DNA of 22,043 nucleotides from a virus (Duplodnaviria; Heunggongvirae; Uroviricota; Caudoviricetes): IMG/VR virus record IMGVR_UViG_3300045049_000270; one strand, 5' to 3'. Shown piece by piece: positions 21,810 to 22,043 of this stretch (position 1 is its first letter; each line of letters starts with the position of its first letter). The notes under the pieces were generated by a model. It saw only the letters and a program-made list of their open reading frames with translations, ran no database searches and was not told where the DNA came from. The position numbers and the translations under genes were made by a program.

Positions 21810-22043
21810 ACGCTACGCTCCATCAATGTACCGCCCATTTGAAATGGATGAAAGCCGACTAGGTGACTATGTCGAGTATACGGAATATCGAAAACTTGAA
21901 GAACGCTTAGCCGACGAAATCGGTCAGTTGAATCTCGTGGGAATTGCAGAGATAGCTGATTTTTGTAATACCTCACGACAAGCGGTAAGCAACTGGAGAG
22001 CGAGAGACTTGAAGTTCCCGAAACCCGTGGCTGACCTTAGATC
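21802..22043 (+). CDS. AlpA/excisionase-like HTH DNA-binding protein, truncated by the window end (not in ORF track)
   Basis: MVKRYAPS...LVGIAEIADFCNTSRQAVSNWRARDLKFPKPVADL; GGGGAAG RBS. Confidence 0.75.
   Translation, partial: MVKRYAPSMYRPFEMDESRLGDYVEYTEYRKLEERLADEIGQLNLVGIAEIADFCNTSRQAVSNWRARDLKFPKPVADLR

Noticed and set aside
1-22043. CRISPR array, tRNA/rRNA genes, integrase, transposase, intron or intein
   Set aside because: No regularly spaced direct repeats, cloverleafs or catalytic motifs were seen. The repeated elements are promoters separated by whole genes.
1-22043. Stop-codon reassignment (alternative genetic code)
   Set aside because: Genes tile the window densely in the standard code, and TAA, TGA and TAG all end coupled genes.

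Overview
This window looks like a densely packed accessory segment of a large lytic dsDNA phage. The best fit is a T4-like or jumbo myovirus; this is an inference, because no core replication or structural marker gene is present. It holds about 53 mostly short genes in the standard genetic code, in three main blocks: + (1-4081), - (4128-16671) and + (16833-end). Recognisable products are a MazG-like pyrophosphohydrolase, a dCMP deaminase, a small HNH nuclease, a signal-peptide-bearing Nuc-like PLD nuclease, two GNAT acetyltransferases, two lipoproteins and a truncated AlpA-like HTH protein. No tRNA, rRNA, CRISPR array, integrase or transposase was found. Five observations stand out. (1) About 15 sigma70-type promoters (GCTTG[AC/CA]N-16/17-TAYCAT/TARAAT) occur, and in many the -10 box sits in a hairpin with a fixed register: a 5-nt loop ending in the -12T/-11A bases, arms that differ in sequence between copies, and G-T wobbles on the sense strand. 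(2) Two tandem genes look like truncated T4 gp23 (major capsid) paralogs, co-transcribed with a secreted nuclease and a lipoprotein. (3) A CTAAATA late-promoter cluster encodes proteins punctuated by putative prohead-protease sites, suggesting packaged and injected cargo that includes a GNAT and a modular polyprotein. (4) A candidate structured ncRNA of about 150 nt lies behind a late promoter. (5) One gene probably starts at ATA. All family assignments come from motif recognition by eye; no database searches were run.
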